Source: Candidatus Brocadiia bacterium
GTDB taxonomy: Bacteria > Planctomycetota > Brocadiia > SM23-32
NCBI GenBank assembly: GCA_046538485.1
Contig: JBKHIT010000001.1
Coordinates: 64,001 to 128,000 of the forward strand
Direction: 5' to 3'
DNA: 64,000 bases
Part shown: piece by piece, positions 29,597-39,661 of the stretch
How the letters are laid out: every line of letters starts with the position of its first letter
How positions within the stretch are numbered: the stretch's first letter is position 1
Position numbers and translations under genes: made by a program
Notes under the pieces: model-generated
Told to the model about the DNA's origin: nothing
Database searches by the model: none
Seen by the model: the letters and a program-made list of their open reading frames with translations, nothing else

Positions 29597-32500
29597 CCTG
29601 CCTTTGCCCGCACACCTGCCTGCTCGCTCTCTCTCTTCATTTGTTCCAGCCGCCGGTCTAATTCCTCAAAATTCACCGCCAGTTTGTTGCTCACCCCATT
29701 CTCACGCATTGAAATGCCGTAGAGCGTTTCCGCTGCGCTCATCGTGCGTTTGTTGTGCGTCACGATGACAAACTGAGTATCATCCCTGTACTCGTCAAGC
29801 ATTGAGAGGAATCGGCCAACATTAGCCTCATCCAGAGGCGCATCAACTTCATCCAACAGGCAGAACGGACTCGGCTTGGACTCGAAAATGGCGAACAGCA
29901 GAGCTACGGCTGAAAGCGCTTTCTCGCCGCCACTTAGAAGTGAAATCGACCGATTCTCTTTTCCGGGTGGCCGCACCTTTATTTCGATGCCCGCCTCCAA
30001 TATGTCCTCTTCTTCCTCTTCCCCGTAATCGAGAATCAGGTCGCCGTTGCCTCCGCCGAAAAGCTTTCTGATCAGAACCTGGAAATTCTGGCGGACCGCT
30101 TCAAATGTCTCCCGGAAACTTTCTCGGCTCTTTGTGCTTAATTCGCGTATTATCTCGAGCTCGTGACGTCTTGCCTTTTCCAAATCCTCTTTTTGTTGTT
30201 TCAGGAATTCTGCGCGTGTCTCAAGTTCATCCTGCTCGCGGATAGCATCGAGATTTGCGCCGCCCATTCTCTCAACTTTTTTGCGCAGTTCGTCGGTGCG
30301 TTCGGCCACTTCGTCCCAGTTTGTCTCATCACTGTCAGCCATTGCCAGGGCTTCATCTCGAAGCTCAACAGCTTCTTCGAGCGGAACAACACGGGGGCCT
30401 TGATCTTCCTGCTTTTCTTCCTCAGAATTCTCCTGCTTGGCCTGGGCATACCACTGCGCCACCTTCTCGCCCGGAGCTTCCGGTTCAGCTTCGTAAAATT
30501 CTTCGATTTCGGCTTCCGTAAACAGCGGAGTCTCACGCCACTGTTCCGGTTCCAGCTCCACAGCTTCAAGATGGATCCCACATTCCTCAGCTGTTCTTTC
30601 TGCAAGACTATCCAGGCGCAGATTGACCTCGCTTTCCTTGAGTTGCAGTTCCTGGACCGCTTGATCCGCTTTATTTTGTTTTCTGCGGACCTCTTCAACA
30701 CGTTCTTTCAAGTCCGAGATCTCGCGCGCGGTTTCTTCGGCTTTCCGCGACTTTTGCTCAAGGACTGCCTCGAGTTCTTCCTTCTGATGTTCCAGTTCCG
30801 CCCGTGTCTTTTTCGCTTCTTGTATCTTCTCTTCGGCCTGATGTTGTTGCTGAAGGCTGCTATCCTGCTGTCGGCCGATACGCTCTCTTTCGTTTTGCCG
30901 TTGTGACAATTCTCCCTGGAGCCTACGGGCCATTGCGCGCCGACTGTTCAGTTGCTCTTCGATCCGACCGATCTCACTGCGCACCGCGTTCAATTGTTCG
31001 GTTACCGACTGCCGCTCTTCGCGTTGTTCGCGAGCATTGACTTGAAGTTTCTCCAGCTCTTCTTGCTTTCTCTCGGATTTGCGCTGCAGCTGGGAACGTT
31101 CTTCGCGTGCCGTCCGCGCACGTTTCTTGCTACCGGCAATCTGTTCGCACAACGATTCGGCTTCGCTCCTGATCAGCCCGAGCTCCTCATTTCGCTGTTC
31201 GCTTTTACTTGTAAGAATCGAGTGCTTATTGCGCAGTTCGCTTTCTGTCCCGCTTACTTTTTCTTTTCGGGCAACCAGATTGCTTCTGCGTTTTTGGAAC
31301 TGTTGGATGCGTTGCGATCGCCTCTCCCCTTCCTCAGAAAGGTCATCGAGACGCCGATTGAGTTCAGCAATTTCCTCATCCAATTCGGCCAGTTCACTGC
31401 GTCGGCTGATCAGACTTCCGGTTTCGGGCTCCCCGGCCGACCATACGCCTGAAGGTTCGAAACAATCTCCCGACCTGGTCACCAATTTGACCCCTTCGGG
31501 CAGTCCATTTTCGACCAGCTGAAGGGCCGTCTCCGTATCGTCAACCACAAAGCTATTCCCGAGCAATTTCTCGACCGCGGGTGCGATACGGGAAGGAAAC
31601 TGGAGAAGATCAATCAATGCTTCCGCTCCATCAAGCGAGCATCTCGGTTCCTCGCGCTTATCAATACTTTCCAGGGCCAGGACTTCCGCCCGGCCTTTTT
31701 GGCCCTCCCGAAGAGTGCGCAATCCCAGCCGGGCTTGATCGCGCGAGTCGAGTATGATGGCCTCCACCCGTGATCCGAGAGCAGCTTCTACGGCAAGCGC
31801 ATCCTTTGTGGACACCTCCAGCAGATTAGCGAGCATACCGGGAGCGCCGTAAAACTCTGAATCTTCGTTCTCGATCTCTTCCAGAAGGACCTGAACTCCG
31901 CTTCCTATACCCTCGGCACGGGCTTGGAGATCTTCAAGCACCTGTCTGCGGCTCAGTTTTCCCCGGATGTCCGCTTTTAATTCGGTGATCCGGTCCGTCA
32001 ACGTCTCCATTTCCCCGGTTTCTCGCTCCAGCTCATTTTGAACAATCTCAATTTGTCGGTTCAGCTGCTGGAGTTCTCCGGAGACGTCTTCCAACTCCTT
32101 TTTGGCAATCAGACGCTTTTCATCGATATCTTCGCAACGTTTTTCCAGATCTTTTTCGCGGCTGTTCTGTCGTTGAAGCCTGTTTTCCAGCGTTTCGATT
32201 TCGGCTTCAAGCATGCTAATTTCGCTCTGGAGTTGAGAATCCTGGTGGAGCAGATTGAAAACCGTTTTCTTATCTCGATCGATCCTGTCTTCCAGCTCTT
32301 CGCACTCTTGCCCCTGTTTTCGCATGCTGTTTTCAAGACGTTCGCACTCCGATCGCCGTGCTTCTAATTTCTCCTGCCCGCTTTGCAGTTTTTCGTTTGT
32401 TTGCTGAAGTTCTTTTTGAACCCTTTCAATATCGGACTCCGCTTCCTGCAGCCGTTCTGCAAGTTCCTCCCGCCGTTCCTGGAGCTCTTGCCTCCGATTT

Positions 32501-33423
32501 TCATTGATCTCGATTTCTTTGCCCATGCTGTACTGGCGGGCGCCGAGGCGCGAGAGCTTATCGTCGGTCTCAGAGACTTCCCCGCGGACATGCTCCAACA
32601 GCTCTTCGGCCTCAGCCAGTTTTTGGCGGATGGATTCCGCTTCCTCAGTTAGTGCCCGGCACCGTTCATCCCGGTCCTGTTTTTCGCTTTTGAGTTCATT
32701 TTGTTCTCGGATAAGTTCCCGGCGCTTATGTACGGCCAGTCCAAATCGCAGGCCGCTGAGTTCATCTTTATAGCGTTTGAACCGCCGGGCTTTACGGGCC
32801 TGCCGGCGCACACTTCGCAGTTGCCGATCCAGTTCTTCGATAATATCAGTAACTCGTTGGAGATTGCCTTTAACGCGTTCCAGCTTTCGTTCAGCGGTTT
32901 TTTTCTGGTCCAGGTATCGGTTGATTCCGGCCGCTTCCTCAAGCACTTCTCGTCGTTCGCTTGAACTGGCCTGAAGCAACAGATCCACCTGACCCTGCTC
33001 GATAAAACTGTAGGCGCTAACTCCCACGCCTGTATCCATGAAGAGAGCCCTGATATCTTTCAGGCGGCATGCTTCATCGTTCAGGAAATAATCACTTTCC
33101 CCCGATCTGTAACACCGACGAGTTATACAGACCTCTTCGTAGTCAGTCGGCAAACTGCCATCGTCGTTCTCCAACGTAAGGCGCACTTCGGCCGATCCCA
33201 GAGCCCGACGGGCCGACGACCCATTGAAAATCATGTCGGCCATTTCGTTTCCTCGGAGCTTCTGCGCACTCCGCTCGCCGAGCACCCATTTGAGCGCATC
33301 TACTACGTTACTCTTGCCGGAACCGTTCGGCCCTACAAGACCTGTCAGTGTTTCCTCAAATTCAAAAACCGTTTTATCGGCGAAGGATTTGAAGCCGATC
33401 AACTCCAATTTCTTCAGCTTCAT
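29593..33423 (-). CDS. smc: Chromosome segregation protein SMC
   Basis: GFKSFAD, GPNGSGKSN, coiled coils and hinge, LSGGEK, LDEVDAPLD. Confidence 0.97.
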   Translation of the reverse strand: MKLKKLELIGFKSFADKTVFEFEETLTGLVGPNGSGKSNVVDALKWVLGERSAQKLRGNEMADMIFNGSSARRALGSAEVRLTLENDDGSLPTDYEEVCITRRCYRSGESDYFLNDEACRLKDIRALFMDTGVGVSAYSFIEQGQVDLLLQASSSERREVLEEAAGINRYLDQKKTAERKLERVKGNLQRVTDIIEELDRQLRSVRRQARKARRFKRYKDELSGLRFGLAVHKRRELIREQNELKSEKQDRDERCRALTEEAESIRQKLAEAEELLEHVRGEVSETDDKLSRLGARQYSMGKEIEINENRRQELQERREELAERLQEAESDIERVQKELQQTNEKLQSGQEKLEARRSECERLENSMRKQGQECEELEDRIDRDKKTVFNLLHQDSQLQSEISMLEAEIETLENRLQRQNSREKDLEKRCEDIDEKRLIAKKELEDVSGELQQLNRQIEIVQNELERETGEMETLTDRITELKADIRGKLSRRQVLEDLQARAEGIGSGVQVLLEEIENEDSEFYGAPGMLANLLEVSTKDALAVEAALGSRVEAIILDSRDQARLGLRTLREGQKGRAEVLALESIDKREEPRCSLDGAEALIDLLQFPSRIAPAVEKLLGNSFVVDDTETALQLVENGLPEGVKLVTRSGDCFEPSGVWSAGEPETGSLISRRSELAELDEEIAELNRRLDDLSEEGERRSQRIQQFQKRRSNLVARKEKVSGTESELRNKHSILTSKSEQRNEELGLIRSEAESLCEQIAGSKKRARTAREERSQLQRKSERKQEELEKLQVNAREQREERQSVTEQLNAVRSEIGRIEEQLNSRRAMARRLQGELSQRQNERERIGRQQDSSLQQQHQAEEKIQEAKKTRAELEHQKEELEAVLEQKSRKAEETAREISDLKERVEEVRRKQNKADQAVQELQLKESEVNLRLDSLAERTAEECGIHLEAVELEPEQWRETPLFTEAEIEEFYEAEPEAPGEKVAQWYAQAKQENSEEEKQEDQGPRVVPLEEAVELRDEALAMADSDETNWDEVAERTDELRKKVERMGGANLDAIREQDELETRAEFLKQQKEDLEKARRHELEIIRELSTKSRESFRETFEAVRQNFQVLIRKLFGGGNGDLILDYGEEEEEDILEAGIEIKVRPPGKENRSISLLSGGEKALSAVALLFAIFESKPSPFCLLDEVDAPLDEANVGRFLSMLDEYRDDTQFVIVTHNKRTMSAAETLYGISMRENGVSNKLAVNFEELDRRLEQMKRESEQAGVRAKAG

Positions 33424-33841
33424 CTGGCCCTCATATTCTTATTGCAAAAAAACTCCCCAGGGGGAGAAGAACCTGTAAAGTCGGGCTGCGTGGCGAAAAG
33501 CCACTGCATGAATGGCATGATAAGAAAAAACCAGCGCCAAAATCCACCCGGGACATATTCTCACTTTGCGCCTACATCTGCCTTCTGCTGAAAACGACTG
33601 ACGGGACAGAATTTGTGCCGATAGCCTTATGCATTTAACCGATTGTTTTAAAAGACTTTATGACACTAATAGCCGAGCACCTTTTTGCTTCGCTATCGAC
33701 ATTACGTAACCGCCAAGATGAACCTGAGGAACAAAGAAGGGCAAAAAGATTGGAGTAAAATATACGAGAAAATACCCCGCGGGGGGGCAAAAACGCGCAC
33801 ACCGGCCGAAACGTCGTTCCAGCGCATTCAGGGTTTTTCAG

Positions 33842-34585
33842 TCACTCGGCCGCCGCTTGGGCACCGCGGGCAACAAGTCCACGTTCCCGTCCCCGCACGA
33901 GGACCTGTTCTGCCCCGCCCCGTGCAAGCCTTTCCATTTCATCCATTTCTTCGGGCATAAATGGCATCACGTCGTGAAGCGCGGTATCCAGACAGTGAGC
34001 CGGCTCAAAATTCTGTAGGGCCATCACATCGGCGCCTTTCAAAGCGGGCGCAATTTTTGCGACCTCTTCTTTGCCCACCAGGCCCGGAACGACCGTTGTA
34101 CGGAACTCGTGGGGAAGTCCGCTGTCGATAATTGTCTTGATCGATGTCTTAAGCGCCTCAACATCGACTTCACGGCCCGCAACCTTTTCGTAAGAAACGG
34201 GGGCAAGCGGAGCTTTGACATCCATTGTGATCCGCTGGACCCAGCGTTCTGCAATAATTTTCTTGACCCATTTGGGCTGGGTGCCATTTGTCTCAAGCAT
34301 AACATCGAGTCCGGTGTCACGAACATCCCGCATCAGATCAATAAGTTCCTCTTCATAAAGTGTGGGTTCTCCGCCGGTTATAACGGCGCCGTCGAGCCAG
34401 CCCTTTTGTCGACGCATATAATCGAGGAGATCTTTTCGATTGAGGCTTTCAAGTTCATTGGGCTTGAGAAGGTGTTGTGCGTGGCAGTAATGGCACCTCA
34501 GATTACAATACGGCAAGAACAAAACACAGGTGAGTTTGCCCTGCCATTCCAGCAGACTGTTTTCGATAAAACCCTTGATTTCCAT
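33842..34585 (-). CDS. nrdG: Anaerobic ribonucleoside-triphosphate reductase activating radical SAM enzyme
   Basis: CNLRCHYC, TGGEPT, ETNG, EFRTTVVP; downstream of nrdD. Confidence 0.9.
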   Translation of the reverse strand: MEIKGFIENSLLEWQGKLTCVLFLPYCNLRCHYCHAQHLLKPNELESLNRKDLLDYMRRQKGWLDGAVITGGEPTLYEEELIDLMRDVRDTGLDVMLETNGTQPKWVKKIIAERWVQRITMDVKAPLAPVSYEKVAGREVDVEALKTSIKTIIDSGLPHEFRTTVVPGLVGKEEVAKIAPALKGADVMALQNFEPAHCLDTALHDVMPFMPEEMDEMERLARGGAEQVLVRGRERGLVARGAQAAAE

Positions 34586-34661
34586 GACCGAAACCGATTC
34601 CGTATCAGAATGTTTGCACCGTGGGAACCCGCGCGGCTGAGAAATGCCGCGATATCAGTTC

Positions 34662-34696
34662 AAAAGGGGAAAGCCCCGGTGGCTTGAGCTTTCCCC
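34662..34696 (-). terminator. Putative intrinsic terminator between the redoxin gene and nrdG
   Basis: Minus strand GGGGAAAGC-13 nt-GCTTTCCCC followed by TTTT. Confidence 0.5.
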
Positions 34697-34715
34697 GGAA
34701 AAGAATTTGACAATT

Positions 34716-35015
34716 TCAAGCCGCTGCATTTTGATCTTCACTATCCGCCACTACAGCTTGCAATTCCGAACTCGGGGGAGCCTGACCGTCCCATCGGGCA
34801 GCCACCTCCCAATCGTCTTTCATCACAAGTACGCTGGGGATATCGAAGACTTCGAAAAAATCTCCTTCTGCTGCGGCTGATTCATCGGATTCCATATCCA
34901 TAAAAATAACATCGTGTTCGTCCGAGACTTCCCAGCGCTCGAGAAAATGTTCAACTTTTTTTGTCGCACTTTTGCAGAGTTTGCAACCCTTTTTACCGTA
35001 TACATGAATGATCAT
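34716..35015 (-). CDS. Small thioredoxin/glutaredoxin-fold protein (NrdH-like)
   Basis: VYGKKGCKLC CxxC, IPSVLV cis-Pro region; AGGAGG before ATG 35015. Confidence 0.8.
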   Translation of the reverse strand: MIIHVYGKKGCKLCKSATKKVEHFLERWEVSDEHDVIFMDMESDESAAAEGDFFEVFDIPSVLVMKDDWEVAARWDGQAPPSSELQAVVADSEDQNAAA

Positions 35016-35102
35016 TCTATCTTGCCTCCTCTTGTTCAGATCTCCAGATATTCTGCCCACTGTAACGGGCACTTAACCGGATAAGAACCGTTTTCTAATT
35101 CT

Positions 35103-37553
35103 CTATCCACTCAAACTGACGCTGTAATTACCTTTTTGACGATCTTTCAGCTCACCGTGTTTGGATTTGTTCCAGTTATTGACCCGGCTAAAGTAACCGA
35201 CGATCCGGGTCAGCCCGTGAACATCCGAGCTGCCACAGGCTCCACAGGTTGCCTGCAACCCGGGAGTCTGTTTGTGGCATTCATGGCAGACGGTGAATTC
35301 CGGGCTTATGGTCAACTGGGCGGCCTGGGTTTTCTGAAACGTCTTTTCAACCAAATTGAGAATGCTGAGTGCAGGCGGACGTTCCTCGCCGACAAAGGCA
35401 TGAATTATCGCTCCGCTCTCGATTGCGCGATGGAATTTGCTCTGTTTGCGAATCCTCGTCAGCAAATCCATGGGAGCATCCGCACGCATGTGAATGCTAT
35501 TGGTATAGTACATCTCGTCGCTCCCTATTTCGCCTTTGACGGTGGCCCGGGCTTCCTCGGGAAATCGCCGCAGGTCAACTTTCGCCAGGCGTCGGGCCGC
35601 ACTCTCGGCTGGCGACTCTTCGAGCGCAATGCGCATATCGTATTTTTCGCCGAGCTGTTTGGCCTTGAACTGCATATGGCGGACGACATGGAGGCCGCGT
35701 CGGACCATTTCCTCGCTTTCATGGAGTTCCTGACCCGAAATATGCTGCAGGCATTCGTTCAATCCCATCAAACCGAGAATATAGGTAGCCTCACTGAGAT
35801 CGACATACGGTCGGCCATCCTTAGCCGTTTTTCCAATCTGCCAGAGTGGCATCTCGGGCGAACTCATAAGTGTGGAGATGAAAGCCCGTTTCTGGCGATG
35901 GGCCTTGACACCCAGCTCGATCATTTCATCGATCTCTCTGTAGAGCCCATCGTAATCGCCTTTATCAACCCGGTAAGCGCATTGCGGGAGGTTGATTGTA
36001 ACGTTCTGGAATCCGCAGAACCTCATGGTTTCCGGATGGCGGATCATGCGGTCATCCTGAATCACTGTCCGCAAGCGGCAACACGCGCTTAATGTCACCT
36101 CATCCCGATCGAAGACGAAATACGGGACACCGTTTTCGCTTGCGATTTTGGCCGTATATTCCAGGATTTCCCTTTGAGCCGGATCGGTGAGCGTATCCTG
36201 ACTGATATGGAAGTCGCATTTTGGGAAAGCAAAGATATTGCCGTAACGATCCCCCTCGCGCCACACATCAAGCATGGCTTTGCAGAAACGCTGGGCTGTT
36301 TTTTCGTAGCTTTTGTAATTTCGCCCCGTGTATTCACCTCCCGGCCCAATAGCCGGAATATCAGCCAGGTAGGATGGCACACCGGTGTGGATATTAAAAT
36401 CAAGGAAAAGCGTCTGACCGCCCCGGCTGAAAGCATTCTGTGAAGAGCTGAATATCAGGTGTTGGGCCTCCTGTTTCATCTCTTCATAGCTCATCCCTTC
36501 GAGGTAAGGGGCGTAGAAGATATTGATATATCCGACACCGAGCGCGCCGGCGTAGTATGCCTGCATCGAGGCCAGGAAGGTGTTCAAATGGCCCGTCAAA
36601 GTCCGGGCATGTTTGGCGGGAGCGCTGGAAGAATCGAGATTTTCCAGATCCAATCCATATTTTTTCAGGTATTCCAGCGAGTGGCTGGAGCAGTAGACCC
36701 TTGTGGGATAACCCAGATCATGGACGTGAACTTTGCCCAACATATGTGCTTCGGCAATATCATCGCTGAAAACTTCGCTCAGGGCATATTGTTTCAGCGT
36801 CGTCTCGGCCACGCTGAGGTTAATTGCCTCCGGATTGTTCTGGGCGATATTCGCGTTTTCGTTGCTCTTCGATTTGATAATCGTGTCGAGGTCATATTTC
36901 GGCATCCCGAGCACTTTTTGTTTTTCCAGTCTTCCCGTCAGCCCTCTTTCGAAGAGCTCGTTATCAACCAATTCTCGGATCAGAGACGTTGAGATGCGGG
37001 TCATACCGCTATCCAGAACGCGCTTTTCCACGACGCTGGCGACTTCTGCGGCAATATCTTCAGGCAAATCCGCCTCTACTTCGAGAGCTTTGGCAATCCG
37101 CGCCTTATCCCATTCCTGCAATTCGTCCTGACTTTGCGTATTTACAAGCAGTGAGATATCCGTTGAATTACTGTTTTTGTCATGCACAGGTTTGCGGACA
37201 CGCAGAGCTTCGCGGATTCGGCTACGCCGGTCGCGATACAGAATATATGCTTTTGCCGTCCTTGCGTGGCCCATCTCGATCAGAACTTTTTCGACAGTAT
37301 CCTGGATCTCCTCAATATGGGGAGGCGAATCAGCATAATTTTTTTCCAGGAACATCGTCACCACACCCGCTAATTCCTCAGCCAGGACCCTATCTTCCCC
37401 GCCGACGGATTGAGCCGCTTTGAAAATTGCATCGGCTATTTTATCCTGATCGAAAGGAACCAGCCGTCCATCCCGTTTGCGAACGTTTTGGATTTTCGTG
37501 CTTGTCTTCATCACATCCTCATCTTTAAGCTCCTCATACGCATCCAACGCCAT
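35103..37553 (-). CDS. nrdD: Class III anaerobic ribonucleoside-triphosphate reductase with two ATP-cone domains
   Basis: VRKRDGRLVPFD cone, HVHDL, SACCRL finger loop, YYTNS, CxxC..CxxC, TRIVGYF glycyl-radical motif. Confidence 0.96.
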   Translation of the reverse strand: MALDAYEELKDEDVMKTSTKIQNVRKRDGRLVPFDQDKIADAIFKAAQSVGGEDRVLAEELAGVVTMFLEKNYADSPPHIEEIQDTVEKVLIEMGHARTAKAYILYRDRRSRIREALRVRKPVHDKNSNSTDISLLVNTQSQDELQEWDKARIAKALEVEADLPEDIAAEVASVVEKRVLDSGMTRISTSLIRELVDNELFERGLTGRLEKQKVLGMPKYDLDTIIKSKSNENANIAQNNPEAINLSVAETTLKQYALSEVFSDDIAEAHMLGKVHVHDLGYPTRVYCSSHSLEYLKKYGLDLENLDSSSAPAKHARTLTGHLNTFLASMQAYYAGALGVGYINIFYAPYLEGMSYEEMKQEAQHLIFSSSQNAFSRGGQTLFLDFNIHTGVPSYLADIPAIGPGGEYTGRNYKSYEKTAQRFCKAMLDVWREGDRYGNIFAFPKCDFHISQDTLTDPAQREILEYTAKIASENGVPYFVFDRDEVTLSACCRLRTVIQDDRMIRHPETMRFCGFQNVTINLPQCAYRVDKGDYDGLYREIDEMIELGVKAHRQKRAFISTLMSSPEMPLWQIGKTAKDGRPYVDLSEATYILGLMGLNECLQHISGQELHESEEMVRRGLHVVRHMQFKAKQLGEKYDMRIALEESPAESAARRLAKVDLRRFPEEARATVKGEIGSDEMYYTNSIHMRADAPMDLLTRIRKQSKFHRAIESGAIIHAFVGEERPPALSILNLVEKTFQKTQAAQLTISPEFTVCHECHKQTPGLQATCGACGSSDVHGLTRIVGYFSRVNNWNKSKHGELKDRQKGNYSVSLSG

Positions 37554-37581
37554 CTTTATTCTCCTTGGGTCTTTGATTCGA

Positions 37582-38076
37582 CTAGTTATCTTCCATTTCA
37601 GCGGCTGGCTCCTCCGCTTTATCGCCATCGGCCAGCATCATATCTGCCTCTTCCACAAAATCACTTACATCTTTGAACTCCCGATAAACGGAAGCAAATC
37701 TGATGAAAGCTACCTGATCCATCTCCCGCAAACGCTCCATAACCAGTTCTCCGATCGCATCTGAAGGCACTTCGTTGTCGAAATCCTGGCGCAACTGACG
37801 CTCGATTTCATCGACAACCTCTTCGAGACGATCGGTGGAAACGGGACGTTTATGGCAGGCTTTCATCAATCCCGCAAGAAGTTTGCTGCGGGAAAAAGTC
37901 TCCCGATTCCCATCCTTCTTTACAATCCTCAGCGGACTTTCTTCCAGCCGTTCGTAAGTGGTGTAACGTCGGCCGCAATTCTGGCATTCCCGTCGTCTTT
38001 TTACAGTTGCTCCGTTTGCGCTCGTACGAGAATTTACGACCCTGTCATCATCCTTTTTACAATACGGACATCGCAT
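37582..38076 (-). CDS. nrdR: Transcriptional repressor NrdR
   Basis: MRCPYC, RRRECQNCGRRYTTYE, ATP cone, VAFIRFASVY. Confidence 0.97.
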   Translation of the reverse strand: MRCPYCKKDDDRVVNSRTSANGATVKRRRECQNCGRRYTTYERLEESPLRIVKKDGNRETFSRSKLLAGLMKACHKRPVSTDRLEEVVDEIERQLRQDFDNEVPSDAIGELVMERLREMDQVAFIRFASVYREFKDVSDFVEEADMMLADGDKAEEPAAEMEDN

Positions 38077-38246
38077 CAGATTTTACCCCTGTATTCGGAC
38101 TGGTCCCCGCTGCATAATGGCACTCGGTACTGCGAAGGCGGAAGCATTTTTTTGGGCCTGTTTCCGACCACCTTTTTTTTGCGGTCTCCATCCTTACAAT
38201 ACCCCAGCAGCTGACGACCTGAGAAGGTTTCGCGCCAAAGAACGGG

Positions 38247-38300
38247 ATATACTACATGTGGCACGGTCAATATATTACATGTGCAGATATGCGACGTCAA
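38247..38300 (-). promoter_or_regulatory. nrd operon promoter overlapped by two NrdR-box-like repeats
   Basis: Minus strand TTGACG-17 nt-TAATAT (38300-38272); direct repeat ATATAYTACATGTG at 38247 and 38270 resembles the NrdR box core CWAtATaTWG. Confidence 0.6.
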
Positions 38301-38973
38301 GGTTTTTTTTTGGATTTTGTTAAATTCGTGCAATTTTTTCTTGTTCAACCTCTGAGGAGCCAGATTTCAGCCACCTGAGCAGGTCCAATTACGGAAAAAT
38401 TTGAGTTTTTTTGCTTCGCAAAGGAGAAAATAATCGGCGTCCGCGCTACGTTCACTCGGGCAAACCGATTATGGTCCTGAAAATGCCGGCTTTTGAAGCG
38501 CTTTTTATGTCCGGATACCCCAAAGCTACATCTCCCAGAGCACCCTCGTAAGCTCGCTCCCGAAAACGATTCGAAATGAATCGGCTCGGGAAATTGTACA
38601 GTGCTGAAAGCACTCGCCCGGATTTTACGGATAATTGGGAGCTATTGTTGCCCAATCAGCGTAGAATCTTTATTGAACACCGTTCACAACCCTTCTCAGC
38701 CAAAAATCCGGGCTAAAAAAACGGCGCATAAAATCTGACAACTTAAAATCAGTGATCAGCAACGGGGCGAACGCTACGTTGAGAAACGATTGGCTTTAAC
38801 TGCTTTTTCACAAGGAAGATACAGACATCTTCCGGCACAGTAGCACGGGCCGGAAATTGTGAACACTTCTTGTCGTTGTAAATTCTTACGCCTGAACGGC
38901 ATGCACCGTTTTATATAGCCTGCATCTGTAACATGCAGGCTATCAGTTCCGCCGGGGAGCAAATCTCTCTGCC

Positions 38974-39651
38974 TTATTTTGTCCTCTGCAGAAACTGGGC
39001 AGCTTCCCGGACATTCTCAGTTGAAGCCGCAAGAAAGACCTGGTCACCTGCCCGCAACTTAATCTTGCCCCGCGGGATAATAAATCGTTCATCGGCTTCA
39101 CGGTAAACGCCCGCAATCACACATTCCTCCGGGAAACGTTTATTCTGCCCCACTTCACTAACCGCTTTCCCATCAACTCGTCCCCCCTCCGGAATCGTCG
39201 CCACCACCACAGAGGCTTCTCCACGTCCGAATGTCGCCACCTGGCGCAACGTGGGATGCTCGATCTCCAGCACCAGTTGATCCACAAAAAGCTGTCCGAT
39301 ATCAAGCGTGCGAGTGACTCCGGCCATTTCGTATGCGCTTTCGTATACGGGATTTCTCATTCTGGCGACAATTCGGGGCACATCTGAGCTTCGAGCGAGA
39401 ATTGTAAAAGCAAGATTGTCGGCATCACGCGGCAGGGCTCCGATGGCAACTTCAGCCTTTTCAATGCCCGCATCCTGGAGCACTCCGAAATCCGTAGCCG
39501 TTCCATGCACGGCGAGAACCCCAACTCGTTGTGTCATTTCCTCACAGACTTCTTTGTCCTGTTCAACCACAACCACGTCGTGGCGGTTCTGGAGTAGTCT
39601 CCTCGCCAGGGTTCCACCGACCATTCCTGCTCCGGCAATTACGATGTACAT
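38974..39651 (-). CDS. trkA: Trk potassium uptake NAD-binding subunit
   Basis: IVIAGAGMVG Rossmann motif, RCK-N plus RCK-C. Confidence 0.92.
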   Translation of the reverse strand: MYIVIAGAGMVGGTLARRLLQNRHDVVVVEQDKEVCEEMTQRVGVLAVHGTATDFGVLQDAGIEKAEVAIGALPRDADNLAFTILARSSDVPRIVARMRNPVYESAYEMAGVTRTLDIGQLFVDQLVLEIEHPTLRQVATFGRGEASVVVATIPEGGRVDGKAVSEVGQNKRFPEECVIAGVYREADERFIIPRGKIKLRAGDQVFLAASTENVREAAQFLQRTK

Positions 39652-39661
39652 GTTTTCCCTC

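Noticed and set aside
38455..38530. Cyclic di-GMP-I riboswitch (GGGCAAACC)
   Set aside because: The GNRA stem and GACGCAAAGC continuation are missing.
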